This document shows, one piece after another, positions 9,657 to 19,286 of a DNA stretch of 64,000 nt (position 1 is its first letter; every line of letters begins with the position of its first letter). Origin of the DNA: a virus. The position numbers and the translations under genes are program-made. The notes beneath the pieces were generated by a model. It had not been told where the DNA came from. It saw only the letters and a list, made by a program, of their open reading frames with translations, and ran no database searches. The stretch covers positions 21,699 through 85,698 of IMG/VR virus record IMGVR_UViG_3300012351_000007; one strand, given 5' to 3'.

Positions 9657-10100
9657 TCAGACGCCGGTCGGCGAAATGTCCTTACACACCAGGTCCCGCT
9701 GCCAGATGAGGGTTCCGGCGAGCACATCCACCACCCGCAGCACCCGGGTTGTCAGCGACGGGTCGGCCGCGCACACGGTGAGCACCAGTTCGTCGTTGAT
9801 CCGGACGCCGGTCTGTTCGGCCGGGATCGCGATGTAGTAGCGGTGCAGCGGCGTCTGGCTGGGGGAGACGGTCAGCTCCTCCTCATGCCGTCGGTCCCGT
9901 GGGGTTTGCTGCGCCCGGCACGGCCCGGTGTAGACGGTTACCGCAGGCGGGTAGACGGTGCGGCCCAACGTGTTGTCCCACACGCCCGGGCCGGCGGGCC
10001 GGGTGATGGTGCACTGGTCGAGCATCTGCTGCTCGGCCGTGAGGCGATGATGTGACGCCCACCCGCTGCCGATCACCTGCGTGTTGGGTAGCGGAGACAT
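9657..10100 (-). CDS. Head closure/stopper protein (DUF6093-like)
   Basis: Start MSPLPN; MLDQCTITR and VYTGPCRAQ motifs; position after the connector gene. Confidence 0.75.
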   Translation of the reverse strand: MSPLPNTQVIGSGWASHHRLTAEQQMLDQCTITRPAGPGVWDNTLGRTVYPPAVTVYTGPCRAQQTPRDRRHEEELTVSPSQTPLHRYYIAIPAEQTGVRINDELVLTVCAADPSLTTRVLRVVDVLAGTLIWQRDLVCKDISPTGV

Positions 10101-10747
10101 CAGGGCGCGACACCCAGTTCGCCGAACTCGGCCTCGATCCAGGAGTTCGGGTTGTAGTCCACGATGTCGAAGGCGAACAGGCTCCCGGCGGCGTCCCGGT
10201 CGGCGGCCTGGTCCCGCAGTGCCTGGGCCCGTGCCCGGAGTTCGGCGGCGACCTTCGCCCCGTCGGTTGCCAGATCCTGGGTCTTGATGACCTTGCTGAC
10301 GAGCACCTCGGACGAGGCGATGGTGTCCAGGGCCTGCGCGGCGGCCAGCCGCACATTGCCCTGCTCGATGGTGAGGAACGCGCCGATCTGCCCGTCGGTT
10401 AACAGCGGTGCCGTGTCGGACAGGTCGGTGGACAGCAGCCGCACCTGCCCGACGGGTGTGGTCGGGTCGGTGGTGATCGGCGGGCCGGGCAGCGGGTTCG
10501 CGGCGACGTACACCTGCTGCGGCTCGGCACCCGCCCCGGTGCCTGAGACGGTCCACAGGTACACCCACCAGCCGGCCTGGTTGAGGATGACACTGACCCC
10601 GGTCCAGGTGTGGCCGCCGTCGGCGGTGGTCGTGGCCGGGTGGGTGGTAGTGCCGTCGGGGGCCAGCACAGCGAGGGTTGCTGCGGTGGTGCCGTCGTAG
10701 GGGGTGACCGTCAACTGCGGGATGTCCACATCACCTATGCCGAGCAC
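10100..10747 (-). CDS. Head-tail connector with N-terminal beta-sandwich extension
   Basis: TPVGQVRLL, VRLAAAQALDTIASSEVLVSKVIKTQDLATDG motif. Confidence 0.82.
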   Translation of the reverse strand: MLGIGDVDIPQLTVTPYDGTTAATLAVLAPDGTTTHPATTTADGGHTWTGVSVILNQAGWWVYLWTVSGTGAGAEPQQVYVAANPLPGPPITTDPTTPVGQVRLLSTDLSDTAPLLTDGQIGAFLTIEQGNVRLAAAQALDTIASSEVLVSKVIKTQDLATDGAKVAAELRARAQALRDQAADRDAAGSLFAFDIVDYNPNSWIEAEFGELGVAP

Positions 10748-10759
10748 GGCCGCCCCCTG

Positions 10760-11938
10760 TCACGGTGAGAGGCGGCTGGCCGCGGCGAGTTCGGGCGGCG
10801 AACGCAGGGCGGTCAGGGTCGGCCGGGTGTCCGTGGCGGTGAGGGTGGAGTTCGGGCGGTCGGTGGCGGTCAGGACCAATGCGGGCGGCCCGACCGCCCC
10901 GGCGCGAACTGTCGCTTCGTAAGCGGCGCCGAGGGCTTGCGCGGCCTGAACAGCCGCCAGGACCGTGAGAGACGGCGCGCTGGCGGTACCCAGCCCGGTT
11001 GCCGTGGGTGCGGCGGTGGTGGCCGCCACGGCGGGCTGCCCGGCTGTTCCCGCGCCGGTCGCCGAGCCGGCCTGCGTGGTCACCGTGGCCGATGCTGTGC
11101 CGGCAGCGGCGGGCCCGGTGGCGGCGGCCGTGTAGGCGACAACGGACACCCCGGGGGCGTTGGCGCTACCGGTGCCCGAGGCGGGCTGCGCCGAGGCGAC
11201 TGTTTCGCTGCTCGACGAGCCGGTGACGTTGTAGGCGGCCCCGGTCCCGGTGCCCGCCTGCGGGTAGACGACGATCGTAGCCGCAGGGCCTGGTGCGGTG
11301 CCTGTCGAGTCGGCCGGGGCGGCGGACGGTGCCACTGCGGCGGATGTCCCGAGTGCACTGCCGGTGCCGGGCGCGACACCCGCAACTGGGGCGAGGGTGG
11401 CTGCGGGGGGGAACGCCGACCCGGTGCCGGTCGCCGACGCGGCGGGGGTCACCTGCGGGCTAGCGTTCGGGGCGGCGCCAACACCCGTAGCTGCGGTCGG
11501 GTTGGAGACGACCTGCGCTGACGCCGCGGCGCTCCCCGTACCGGACACCGCCGGGGCTGCCGGGGCCACCGTCGGGGCCACGTTGAACGCGGCACCCGTA
11601 CCACTGGACGCGCCCGCGTTGGGGGTGACAACTGCTGTTGCCGACGCGGACCCGACACCCGAGGCGTTCCCGACATTGGGGGAGACTGCGGCGGACGGGT
11701 TGTTCGCCGCACCCGTCCCGGTCGCCGCGACGGCGTAGGCGGTCACCAACGCGCCCGGGTTGGGCGCCGAGCCGGTCCCGGAGGCTACGGCAGCGTTCGG
11801 GGTGACCTGCGCGGCGACGGCGTTGGCTGTGCCCGTTCCGGTGGCGGTGGTCGCGTTCGCTGTTGTTGATGCGGCACCCGCCGAGGCGGGGAGGATGACG
11901 ATCGCCGAGACGGGCTGGGCGCGGCCGATGCGGGCCAC
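10760..11938 (-). CDS. Ala/Thr/Gly-rich repetitive virion (fibre-like) protein
   Basis: About 20-aa imperfect repeats (A-x-A-x-G-T-G-x-A...V-x-P). Confidence 0.7.
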   Translation of the reverse strand: MARIGRAQPVSAIVILPASAGAASTTANATTATGTGTANAVAAQVTPNAAVASGTGSAPNPGALVTAYAVAATGTGAANNPSAAVSPNVGNASGVGSASATAVVTPNAGASSGTGAAFNVAPTVAPAAPAVSGTGSAAASAQVVSNPTAATGVGAAPNASPQVTPAASATGTGSAFPPAATLAPVAGVAPGTGSALGTSAAVAPSAAPADSTGTAPGPAATIVVYPQAGTGTGAAYNVTGSSSSETVASAQPASGTGSANAPGVSVVAYTAAATGPAAAGTASATVTTQAGSATGAGTAGQPAVAATTAAPTATGLGTASAPSLTVLAAVQAAQALGAAYEATVRAGAVGPPALVLTATDRPNSTLTATDTRPTLTALRSPPELAAASRLSP

Positions 11939-11947
11939 CGGCGCCCC

Positions 11948-12715
11948 CTACCAGTTCGCGGCGCGGGTCACCGCCGCCGTCGGAACCACAACCGGCAGGA
12001 CTGGCCCCGCCGCTGCGGCAACCTTGACTTCCACCGCGACCGCCGCGACATTGAACAGCGCCCCACCGCCGGACCGCAGATCAGCCCAGTCGACGGTGGT
12101 CGATGTCGATCCGGTGCGGACTTCGCTTTCCAGGCCGCCCCAGTCGGTGTTCGTCAGGTCGTCGACCTCGGTCCACGTGCCAGCAGTACCGGGAGTGGCG
12201 CCGGCCGCGGACTTGTCCATACCGGCGACGGCGAACACTTCGTTCGTGGACGCCGGGGCGGCGGACAAGGTGATGCTGAACGGCGACGGTGGACCGGAGA
12301 AGCCGCCGTTCTGTGAGCCGGTGGCCGTCGCCCCGGTCGGCGCCCCAGTGTTGTATCCGGTGTAGGCGACGACGGACACGGCGTACTCGCCGATGGCGCG
12401 GCCACCGGTGCCGATCGTCAGCGTCATCGACGCCCCGGTGCCGACGGCGGCCGTGAAAATCTTCGTAGCGGTGGGGTACGAGGTCGGCGAGACCGACACG
12501 CCCGGGCCGCCGGTGTAGGTCCAGCCGCCGCCGCTGACCGTTATCGCGCTGAGTGGGTCGGTGGTGGTGCCGTTGTTCTCGATGATCGACACACCGACGA
12601 CGAGCAGCGAGTTGTCCGGCGGCGTGAACGCGTTGGTGACGAAGTTGCCGGTGCCGAAGTTGCCGGTGGGGGTTGGGCTGATCTGTCCGAGCAGGCTGGT
12701 GCGGGACAGCGCCAC
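11948..12715 (-). CDS. Putative virion beta-sandwich protein (255 aa)
   Basis: Gly/Thr-rich and beta-strand-like; in the structural operon. Confidence 0.7.
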   Translation of the reverse strand: MALSRTSLLGQISPTPTGNFGTGNFVTNAFTPPDNSLLVVGVSIIENNGTTTDPLSAITVSGGGWTYTGGPGVSVSPTSYPTATKIFTAAVGTGASMTLTIGTGGRAIGEYAVSVVAYTGYNTGAPTGATATGSQNGGFSGPPSPFSITLSAAPASTNEVFAVAGMDKSAAGATPGTAGTWTEVDDLTNTDWGGLESEVRTGSTSTTVDWADLRSGGGALFNVAAVAVEVKVAAAAGPVLPVVVPTAAVTRAANW

Positions 12716-12736
12716 GGCCTACCCCCCGGGGTCCGG

Positions 12737-12913
12737 TCAGGCGGGGGCGGGGACGATGGTGATGAGGATGTCGGTGACAGCGCCCTCCGTGGACACCTCC
12801 ACCTGCACGTCCTCCACCGTGTACGTGTTGCCCGCCCCGTCCCTGACGACCAGCGGGGTTTCCCGGCGGGCGGTGTTCGTGGCGTCAGTTAGATCGCCGA
12901 ACGTGTAGGACAT
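12737..12913 (-). CDS. Hypothetical protein (58 aa, MSYTFGDL...)
   Basis: Fills the operon gap, high GC3. Confidence 0.6.
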   Translation of the reverse strand: MSYTFGDLTDATNTARRETPLVVRDGAGNTYTVEDVQVEVSTEGAVTDILITIVPAPA

Positions 12914-12917
12914 CAGG

Positions 12918-13382
12918 TCAGCACCTTTCGCACTTCATCACGGCGCGGGCGTTCGCCGCCGCGCCCCCGGTCAGCCGCAACGCGAAGCCGGTCGACACCG
13001 CACAGTCGTAGCTGTCACCCAACGGCACGTCGTAGACGAGGGTGCCGCCGGAGGTGAACTCCCATTCCTCAAGCACGGTCAGCACCGTTGGCTCGGCGGT
13101 CCAGTTGCGGGCGGCGGTGAACCCGACGGTGACGCTCCGGCCGTACACCTGCTGCATGGTGACGCTGGTCGAGTTCGTGCCGGGCGCGTTGGTGGCGAAC
13201 GTGGCCGCGCACAGTTCCACCAGCAGAGTCGTTGCCGTGTCGATGCCGACCCGCACCGCAATCAGGTCGCCGCCGAACGTGGACGGGGCCAGTACCCCGA
13301 GAACGGACTTGGCGGTCGTGGTGATTCCAACCGCAGCACCCGTGGTCGCGGTGTACCCGGCCTTCGCCACGGCACCTCCCAA
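12918..13382 (-). CDS. Putative virion protein
   Basis: Beta-rich; GGAGGTG RBS precedes the likely GTG start at MAKAGY. Confidence 0.7.
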   Translation of the reverse strand: MGGAVAKAGYTATTGAAVGITTTAKSVLGVLAPSTFGGDLIAVRVGIDTATTLLVELCAATFATNAPGTNSTSVTMQQVYGRSVTVGFTAARNWTAEPTVLTVLEEWEFTSGGTLVYDVPLGDSYDCAVSTGFALRLTGGAAANARAVMKCERC

Positions 13383-13436
13383 CCTTGCGCGGTGGTTCGG
13401 GTGGGGGGGCGAACGGTCACAGCGAGAGGCCTTGCG

Positions 13437-13904
13437 TTACAGCGAAATCGACAGCACGCCCGACGCGGAATAGGCGACCGTAAATGTGCCTGCCGTTACG
13501 GAGTTGGTGCCTCCAAGTGATAGGAAGCAGATTCCTTGATCGGAAACAGGGGTTGTGAGAGTGGTGTCATGGATCAGGCACCCGTACACCGAGGCGAGCG
13601 TGGTCGTAGAGTTCGCGCTGACCGTGTTCGCCGCAGTCAGCTTCACCGTCGCCGAGGTGCCGGCGTCGATGACCACCGACCCGAGCGCCCGGCCAGCTGC
13701 GGGCCAGCCGGAGGCGTCGGCCACGCCACCCGATGCCCACACGCCAGCGCCGTAGGCCGAGTTCGCCGAGGTCGCGTCGCCGGTCGGCGTGATCGAGTTG
13801 TCAAAGAGCGAGTTCTTGAGCGTGTCCGAGTCGAGGTCGAACGCGGCGACGTTGCCGAACATGTCAGCGATCAGGGCGCGGAAGATCTTGGATGACCAGG
13901 CCAC
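13437..13904 (-). CDS. Putative virion protein (155 aa)
   Basis: DLDSDTLK...SVTAGTFTV...SGVLSISL pattern common in phage accessory structural genes. Confidence 0.72.
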   Translation of the reverse strand: MAWSSKIFRALIADMFGNVAAFDLDSDTLKNSLFDNSITPTGDATSANSAYGAGVWASGGVADASGWPAAGRALGSVVIDAGTSATVKLTAANTVSANSTTTLASVYGCLIHDTTLTTPVSDQGICFLSLGGTNSVTAGTFTVAYSASGVLSISL

Positions 13905-13907
13905 CGG

Positions 13908-14195
13908 TTACGCCCCCGTCCCACTCTGCTCGTCGTACCGGGCCTTGACCGCCTCGTGCGCCTGCGTCGCCGCTTCGGCCTCGGCCTCGTGCGCGGGCAG
14001 GGAGTCCTCGGCGCCGCGCAGGTGCTCCCGCAGGCGCTCGATCTTCCCCTTCAGGGCGTCCACCGCATCGGCAGCCCGGGACGCTTCGGTGGCATGCCGG
14101 CGTACCGTCTCCGCGTCCACCACGTCCGGCAGCGGCCCGGGTTCGGCTGTAGCCACGGCATCGTGCGCCGAACCGGCGCCGTCAGGTGTGGTCAA
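13908..14195 (-). CDS. Hypothetical coiled-coil protein
   Basis: Overlapping start/stop coupling. Confidence 0.6.
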   Translation of the reverse strand: MTTPDGAGSAHDAVATAEPGPLPDVVDAETVRRHATEASRAADAVDALKGKIERLREHLRGAEDSLPAHEAEAEAATQAHEAVKARYDEQSGTGA

Positions 14196-14512
14196 AGGAA
14201 GTCCCCCAAGCGTGCTTGTGCGGTCGGCGGGTAGACGGTGCAGTCCTCACCTTCGTCGCGCGTCGTATAGACGGCCATCACGGGCACCCCGCGGTTGTCG
14301 GTCTGCACCAGTTCCCCCGCCACGTAGTCCTCCCGTTCCACCGCGGTCACCTTGCAGCGGGTGCCGGCGGGGACCAGCGGGACCGACAGGCCGTGCATCC
14401 CGGGGCAGTTGTGCATCGGGATCCCCGACGACTGCCCGCGAGTGACGTGGGTGTGGTCGCATGCCCCGCACTCCCAGCGGCGTTCCGGGGCGAGCAGCAC
14501 TGGGCGGCTCAA
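14192..14512 (-). CDS. Cys/His-containing hypothetical protein
   Basis: TTGA coupling; RWECGAC...MHNC...VEREDYV. Confidence 0.65.
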   Translation of the reverse strand: MSRPVLLAPERRWECGACDHTHVTRGQSSGIPMHNCPGMHGLSVPLVPAGTRCKVTAVEREDYVAGELVQTDNRGVPVMAVYTTRDEGEDCTVYPPTAQARLGDFL

Positions 14513-15060
14513 CCGAGCGCCACCCAGATCGATGCGGCAGCGGCGGTCATCGCCCCGACGGTGCCGGGGGCGGTGGTGGTCAGGCCGGTGTCGGCGGTGG
14601 CGAAGCGCAGGTTCGGCGCGGACAGGCCAGCGTTGACCAGCCCCGCCGCCAGGGATGTGCCGCACGCCAGGGTGGGCAGGGCGACCCCGTTGGCCCACAG
14701 CCCGACGAAGCAGTACCCGGCCGGCAGCGCCTGCGGGGTGACCGCGGCGGCTTTCAGCCCGGCGGTCGCCCACGCCGCCGACTGGTCGGCGGAGGTGGCC
14801 AGCAACACCCGGGACGCGTCGAACAGCGCCAGCCGGGACTGGCCGGACGTGAGCGTCGTCCCGCCGGTGGTGACATACACCGACACGGTGGAGACGGTCG
14901 CGGCGGCAGCGAGTTTCAGCCGGGCCACGTACATCAGCCCGTTGGTGAGGATCGGCGTCGCCACCGACGCGGACAGCGGATCCGTGGTCCACGCCGCATA
15001 GCCGTGGTCGGCGGCCGACGCCGGCAGCGGTATAGCGACGGTGGACCCGGAGCGGCCCAT
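14509..15060 (-). CDS. Putative virion protein (MGRSGSTVAIP...)
   Basis: Beta-rich, coupled to neighbouring genes. Confidence 0.65.
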   Translation of the reverse strand: MGRSGSTVAIPLPASAADHGYAAWTTDPLSASVATPILTNGLMYVARLKLAAAATVSTVSVYVTTGGTTLTSGQSRLALFDASRVLLATSADQSAAWATAGLKAAAVTPQALPAGYCFVGLWANGVALPTLACGTSLAAGLVNAGLSAPNLRFATADTGLTTTAPGTVGAMTAAAASIWVALG

Positions 15061-15536
15061 CAGGGTCCGGTCCGCACGATGCCGGCGACGGTCCCGGACA
15101 CCACCTGGGCGTAGATGCCGTTGCTGGTCTTGATGCCGCCGTCGCCGTAGAACTCCCGCGCCGACTCGTTGGCCGCCAGGGTGATCTCCTCCACGACCGT
15201 GCCGGACGCTGCGGATGCGTTGTCCCACAGCCGCACCACCGCAGCCGCCCCGGCGGTTTCCCGCACCGCGAAGCCGCGGTAGTCCTTCGCCGTCGCGGCG
15301 ATCACCGCAGAGACGGTGAAATCGACGCTGACGGTGGAGGCGGCGGGTTCGGCCACTGACGCGGTGGAGGCGAGGGTGGCGGTACCGTCACCGTTGTCGG
15401 TGGCCTTCAGCAGGTTCCCGGACCCGTCGACCAGTACGACTGCGGCCACCTGCGGGGTTACGGTGCCGCCGGGTGGGGTGACCGCGGCGAGGCCGGCCAG
15501 GAGTTGGGTCGACACGATGCGGGTGTTGACGCCCAC
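15060..15536 (-). CDS. Putative virion protein (158 aa)
   Basis: AAAGG RBS; VRLWDNASAASG...GIYAQV. Confidence 0.68.
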   Translation of the reverse strand: MGVNTRIVSTQLLAGLAAVTPPGGTVTPQVAAVVLVDGSGNLLKATDNGDGTATLASTASVAEPAASTVSVDFTVSAVIAATAKDYRGFAVRETAGAAAVVRLWDNASAASGTVVEEITLAANESAREFYGDGGIKTSNGIYAQVVSGTVAGIVRTGP

Positions 15537-15539
15537 GTC

Positions 15540-15743
15540 TCAGCCGCCTTTCCTGGCCTGCCTGCGTCCCTGCTGTGGTCGTGCCGCCGGGGGCTGCTCG
15601 GGTTCGCGCAGGTGCACCTGGCCCGACCCCCGGTCCGCCTCCGGGGCGGGTTCCGGGAGCCGGGCCACGACCTGTGCCAGCAGGTCGTTGGTGCGTTGCG
15701 CCTGGGTGAGGATGGCGTCGAGGAACTCGTCCCCGGAGGTCAT
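15540..15743 (-). CDS. Hypothetical protein downstream of capsid
   Basis: MTSGDEFLDAIL...; start position uncertain. Confidence 0.55.
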   Translation of the reverse strand: MTSGDEFLDAILTQAQRTNDLLAQVVARLPEPAPEADRGSGQVHLREPEQPPAARPQQGRRQARKGG

Positions 15744-15774
15744 CCGCTGGGGCCTATCGGACGGATCGGGCAAA

Positions 15775-16962
15775 CTAACCACCTGTGGACGCGACGCCCG
15801 ACTTCGGGTCAAATAGGGCACCCCCGAGGACGTGCCTGACCCGGTACCGGATCCCGTCGTTGGAGAAGTCGCCCTCCTCCGGGCCGACGATCCCCCCACC
15901 GACCCGCATCGCATCCGGGGCCTTCATCCACAGGTCCGGGGTCTCATGCCCGGTCAGGAAGCCGACCTCCATCGCCGGGCGCCCCTCGTTCGGGTTCGCG
16001 AACAGGTACCACGCGGTATTGCCCTTCGTGGTGTCGATCAGCGGCAGCCACGGGTTGACGACCGGCTTCACCTTGTTCTGCATCCAGTTCGCCACCCGCA
16101 GGGCGTCGTTGCTGGACAGGTTCCCGCCACCCGTAGGCCCGATGATCTCCGTCGCGTTGATGATGTTGTTGGCGACGACCTCCAGCGCCGGCGGAACCAC
16201 CAGGGTCACAGCGTTGATGTAGATCGGGCCGCCGTCGGAGTCGACCTGGCTCGCGAGGACAGTGAAGGCCGTCTGCAGACCGGCCACCGACAGCGTCGGG
16301 TTGCCGGTGACGATGTTCTTGTTGCCACTGGAGAAGAACGTCGCGTTGGGTCCGGTACTCGATGCGAACAGGGCGGTGGCGAACTGCTCCTCGGTGCGCC
16401 GCGCCGCCAACGCGAGGGCCTGCGGCAGTTCGGTGAACGCGCCCAGGTCGTCGTTGACGATCGACTCCCACGAGATGTCGATCTCGGCGCCGTACTTGTC
16501 CACCGAGTACTCGTACTTGCCGTCGGCCACCGGGCGGGCGGTGTACGGGGCGAGTTCCTTCACCTTGGCCAGCAGCGCCTTGCCGCCGTCCAGGGTGAAC
16601 CGGCGCACCAGGCGGAAGTCCCGGACCCGCCCCCGCTTCGCCCAGGCGTCCCACTGGATCGGCATCGTCGCGTACGCGGCGAGCAGCTGCCGGTCAATGA
16701 CGTCGGCGAACAGGTAGGAGAAGTCGGAGCGGGTCAACGCCTCCTGGAAGTCCAGGGCGGCCCGGCGGGAGCCGGACATGACCGACTCGTACATCCGCAT
16801 GACCTCCGACAGGCCCCGCTGGTAGGCGGGGTCCTGCCGGCGCTGAACGCGCCGGCCTTCCCCGGCGAAGATGCGTTCGGTGGCAGCGTCGTCGGTGCCG
16901 CCCTCGAACGTGGCCAGCCGGTTCAGGCCGGTACCGATGCCGGGCAGGGTTGCAGTCGTCAT
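15775..16962 (-). CDS. Major capsid protein (Mu gpT-like family)
   Basis: TRSDF...DRQLLAAY, VRDFR, KYG...ISWESIVNDDLGAF, LVVPPALE, AWYLFA, MEVGFL, YRVRHVLGG motifs. Confidence 0.92.
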   Translation of the reverse strand: MTTATLPGIGTGLNRLATFEGGTDDAATERIFAGEGRRVQRRQDPAYQRGLSEVMRMYESVMSGSRRAALDFQEALTRSDFSYLFADVIDRQLLAAYATMPIQWDAWAKRGRVRDFRLVRRFTLDGGKALLAKVKELAPYTARPVADGKYEYSVDKYGAEIDISWESIVNDDLGAFTELPQALALAARRTEEQFATALFASSTGPNATFFSSGNKNIVTGNPTLSVAGLQTAFTVLASQVDSDGGPIYINAVTLVVPPALEVVANNIINATEIIGPTGGGNLSSNDALRVANWMQNKVKPVVNPWLPLIDTTKGNTAWYLFANPNEGRPAMEVGFLTGHETPDLWMKAPDAMRVGGGIVGPEEGDFSNDGIRYRVRHVLGGALFDPKSGVASTGG

Positions 16963-16963
16963 G

Positions 16964-17320
16964 TCAGAACCCCACCTGGACTCGGATCGTGGCCGTTGCG
17001 GCGGAAGTGACAGCGGCGCGGGCGTAGCCGAACCGGACCCCGCCGGTGGCCTTCTTCGACAGTTTCGGGGTGTCGCCGGTCTGGTAGTAGATGATGTCGC
17101 CGTCGGCGACAGCCGAGTTACCGGCCGAGTCGATACCCTTCACCGACAGGTTGAAGTCGCCGTCCAACGCGACGGTGGTGTTGCCGGCGGCGTCCTCGGT
17201 GGTCAACGCCACCCCGGGGCACTGCCCGTTGATGACCGGATCCCCCGAGTTGGGGGTGGCCGGGTCGGAGCAGGCGAAGGAACGCGTCTTGGTCCACTTG
17301 ACGACCATGTTGGCTGACAT
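16964..17320 (-). CDS. Capsid decoration/cement protein (DUF2190-like)
   Basis: SGDPV...GVALT...G-D-I-I-Y...FGYA pattern; immediately upstream of the capsid gene. Confidence 0.8.
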   Translation of the reverse strand: MSANMVVKWTKTRSFACSDPATPNSGDPVINGQCPGVALTTEDAAGNTTVALDGDFNLSVKGIDSAGNSAVADGDIIYYQTGDTPKLSKKATGGVRFGYARAAVTSAATATIRVQVGF

Positions 17321-19218
17321 CAGCGACGACCTCCCGCCGCGACGAGCGCCGCATCGCTGCTCATCCCAAGACGTTTGAACGACTCGGCGAGGCTGGTCTC
17401 GAACTGCTTCGTCGCGTCCGGGCCAGCGGTGCCGGCGCCCAGGCCGGCGCCCACTCCGGTTACCCGGCCGTCCCCGGCGGCCTCCCGCAGCGACGCCACG
17501 TAGGTTTCCTCCGCCTTCGCCGCCTCGGCGACCGCGGTGCGGAACGTCGCCTCGTCGAGGCGCAGCACCTTCACCGCCGCCCCGTCGCGCAACTCGTCGG
17601 CCTCCGCGAGCGGCACATCCCGCACCGCCGCGGCCAACACCCGGTCCCGGGCGGCCAACGGAAGGTTGGACTCGGAAAGGATGCTCGACGCGATCGGCCG
17701 GGCCGCCTCCACGGCGGTCAGCCGGGCCAGCGACTGGCGCATCTCCTGCGCCTCCCGCACAGCGGTGTCGCGTTCCTGCTCGGCCTTCACGCGAGCCTGC
17801 TCGGCTTCGGTGACAGCGGCCGGCACCACGGCGGTGGCCTCGGTTGCCCCCGCCGCACCCGGCGCCGGGCCGGTGTTGGTTCCAGACACGCTGGACTCCT
17901 TCTCGGGTGGGTTGGGTTCGGCCGGCGGGGCGCCGCCCGTGACATCAGTGAGGGGAGGGGGTTCGGTCATCGGCTCGTCGGCCTCGACAAGTCCGGCACC
18001 GGTACAGGCCGGCACAGCGGCCTCGCCCATGCCAGCCATCCGCAGCAGCGACGGCGGCGGGTCTTCTTTCAACTGGGACCGGTACAGGCCGACCAGTTTG
18101 CGGGCGGCGGCCTTCTTCGCATCCGCAGACGCGTTCACCCCGCCCCGGCCACCGGCCAGCGCCGACGCAGCTGCGTGCACCCCGTTGCGGTTGACGGTGC
18201 CGTCGGGCTGCTTGACGGGTAGCTTGTAGCGGTCTTTCGAATCCGGGGAGCCCTGCCCGGTGTCGAGCAGGCATGCCCGCCGGTACTGCTCCGGGGTGTA
18301 ATCCGAGGCCGAGAATTGCGACCACGGGGTGTCGCTGACCTCACTCAGCGACAGAGCGGCCTCGGACACGGCCGTGCCGTCCTCGGGCGGGCCATCGTAG
18401 AGATCCCTGGTGAAGAGCTGACCTGCATCTTTCTCGACCCGGGCCGTCCACGCCTGCAAGGCGTCGCCGACCGCGTTGGACAGGGTGATCCGCTCATCGC
18501 GGGTCAACTGGCCGTTGCCGTACATCTGGTCCGCGATGTCGGTCAGCGCGCTGTGCAGTTGGGCTTCGATCCAGGCGCCGATGTTGCGCGCCTCCCGGAT
18601 CTGCACCCCACCCTCGCGGGCCGCCTCCACCAGGGAGACGAGCTTCCCGCCGGCGCCGGCCTTCGTCACGAAATCCACGGAGTAACCGCGGTCGATGGAC
18701 TCGATGACGATCCCCGACCGGTCGCCGACCTTCCCGACCGTGCCGGACCCGTCGCCGCGCACCGACAGGCCGACCGCATCGGCCAGCGCCTCCACCAACG
18801 GCACGGCGTGGGGGAAGACTTCGATGTCGGCGTACAGGCCATCACCCTCGTAGACGGGGGTGGACACGACGCGGCCGGCGAGGTCGCGGACGGACCGCTC
18901 TGGCCGGTCCGCAGACTCGGCGATCGACGGGTGATCCAGAAAGACCTGCGTGGTCCCCGCGGGCCAGGCCGTAGGGCCATCCCGCTCGAGCACCTTCGCT
19001 GGCCAGTAACCCGACGTCCCCCACCGGTCCCCTTCGATCAGCCGCGCCCGGTACCGTCGCCCACCGGCCGGCGTGAGGCTGCCCATGGTGGCCTCGGCGA
19101 TGGCAACCCGCTCGACGGTGGCCGCCGACTCGCGCAGTTGCACCGGAACCGGGAACGCCTTGCCGGGGGGCACCACGGCACCCCAGCCGGGGCGGCGCAG
19201 CTTACGGCGGTTCGACAC
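17320..19218 (-). CDS. Prohead protease-scaffold fusion with inserted domains
   Basis: N-terminal FLDHP...ERSVRDLAG...GLSVR...SVDFVTKAGAGG; C-terminal helical scaffold. Confidence 0.8.
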   Translation of the reverse strand: MSNRRKLRRPGWGAVVPPGKAFPVPVQLRESAATVERVAIAEATMGSLTPAGGRRYRARLIEGDRWGTSGYWPAKVLERDGPTAWPAGTTQVFLDHPSIAESADRPERSVRDLAGRVVSTPVYEGDGLYADIEVFPHAVPLVEALADAVGLSVRGDGSGTVGKVGDRSGIVIESIDRGYSVDFVTKAGAGGKLVSLVEAAREGGVQIREARNIGAWIEAQLHSALTDIADQMYGNGQLTRDERITLSNAVGDALQAWTARVEKDAGQLFTRDLYDGPPEDGTAVSEAALSLSEVSDTPWSQFSASDYTPEQYRRACLLDTGQGSPDSKDRYKLPVKQPDGTVNRNGVHAAASALAGGRGGVNASADAKKAAARKLVGLYRSQLKEDPPPSLLRMAGMGEAAVPACTGAGLVEADEPMTEPPPLTDVTGGAPPAEPNPPEKESSVSGTNTGPAPGAAGATEATAVVPAAVTEAEQARVKAEQERDTAVREAQEMRQSLARLTAVEAARPIASSILSESNLPLAARDRVLAAAVRDVPLAEADELRDGAAVKVLRLDEATFRTAVAEAAKAEETYVASLREAAGDGRVTGVGAGLGAGTAGPDATKQFETSLAESFKRLGMSSDAALVAAGGRR

Positions 19219-19239
19219 GACAGCGGCTCCCTCGGACGT

Positions 19240-19273
19240 GAAAGAGCCCCGACACGGGCTTGTGTCGGGGCTC
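19240..19273 (-). terminator. Intrinsic terminator after the endonuclease gene
   Basis: Perfect 12-bp stem GAGCCCCGACAC/GTGTCGGGGCTC followed by TTTC on the minus strand. Confidence 0.7.
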
Positions 19274-19286
19274 AGGTGGGTGACCG

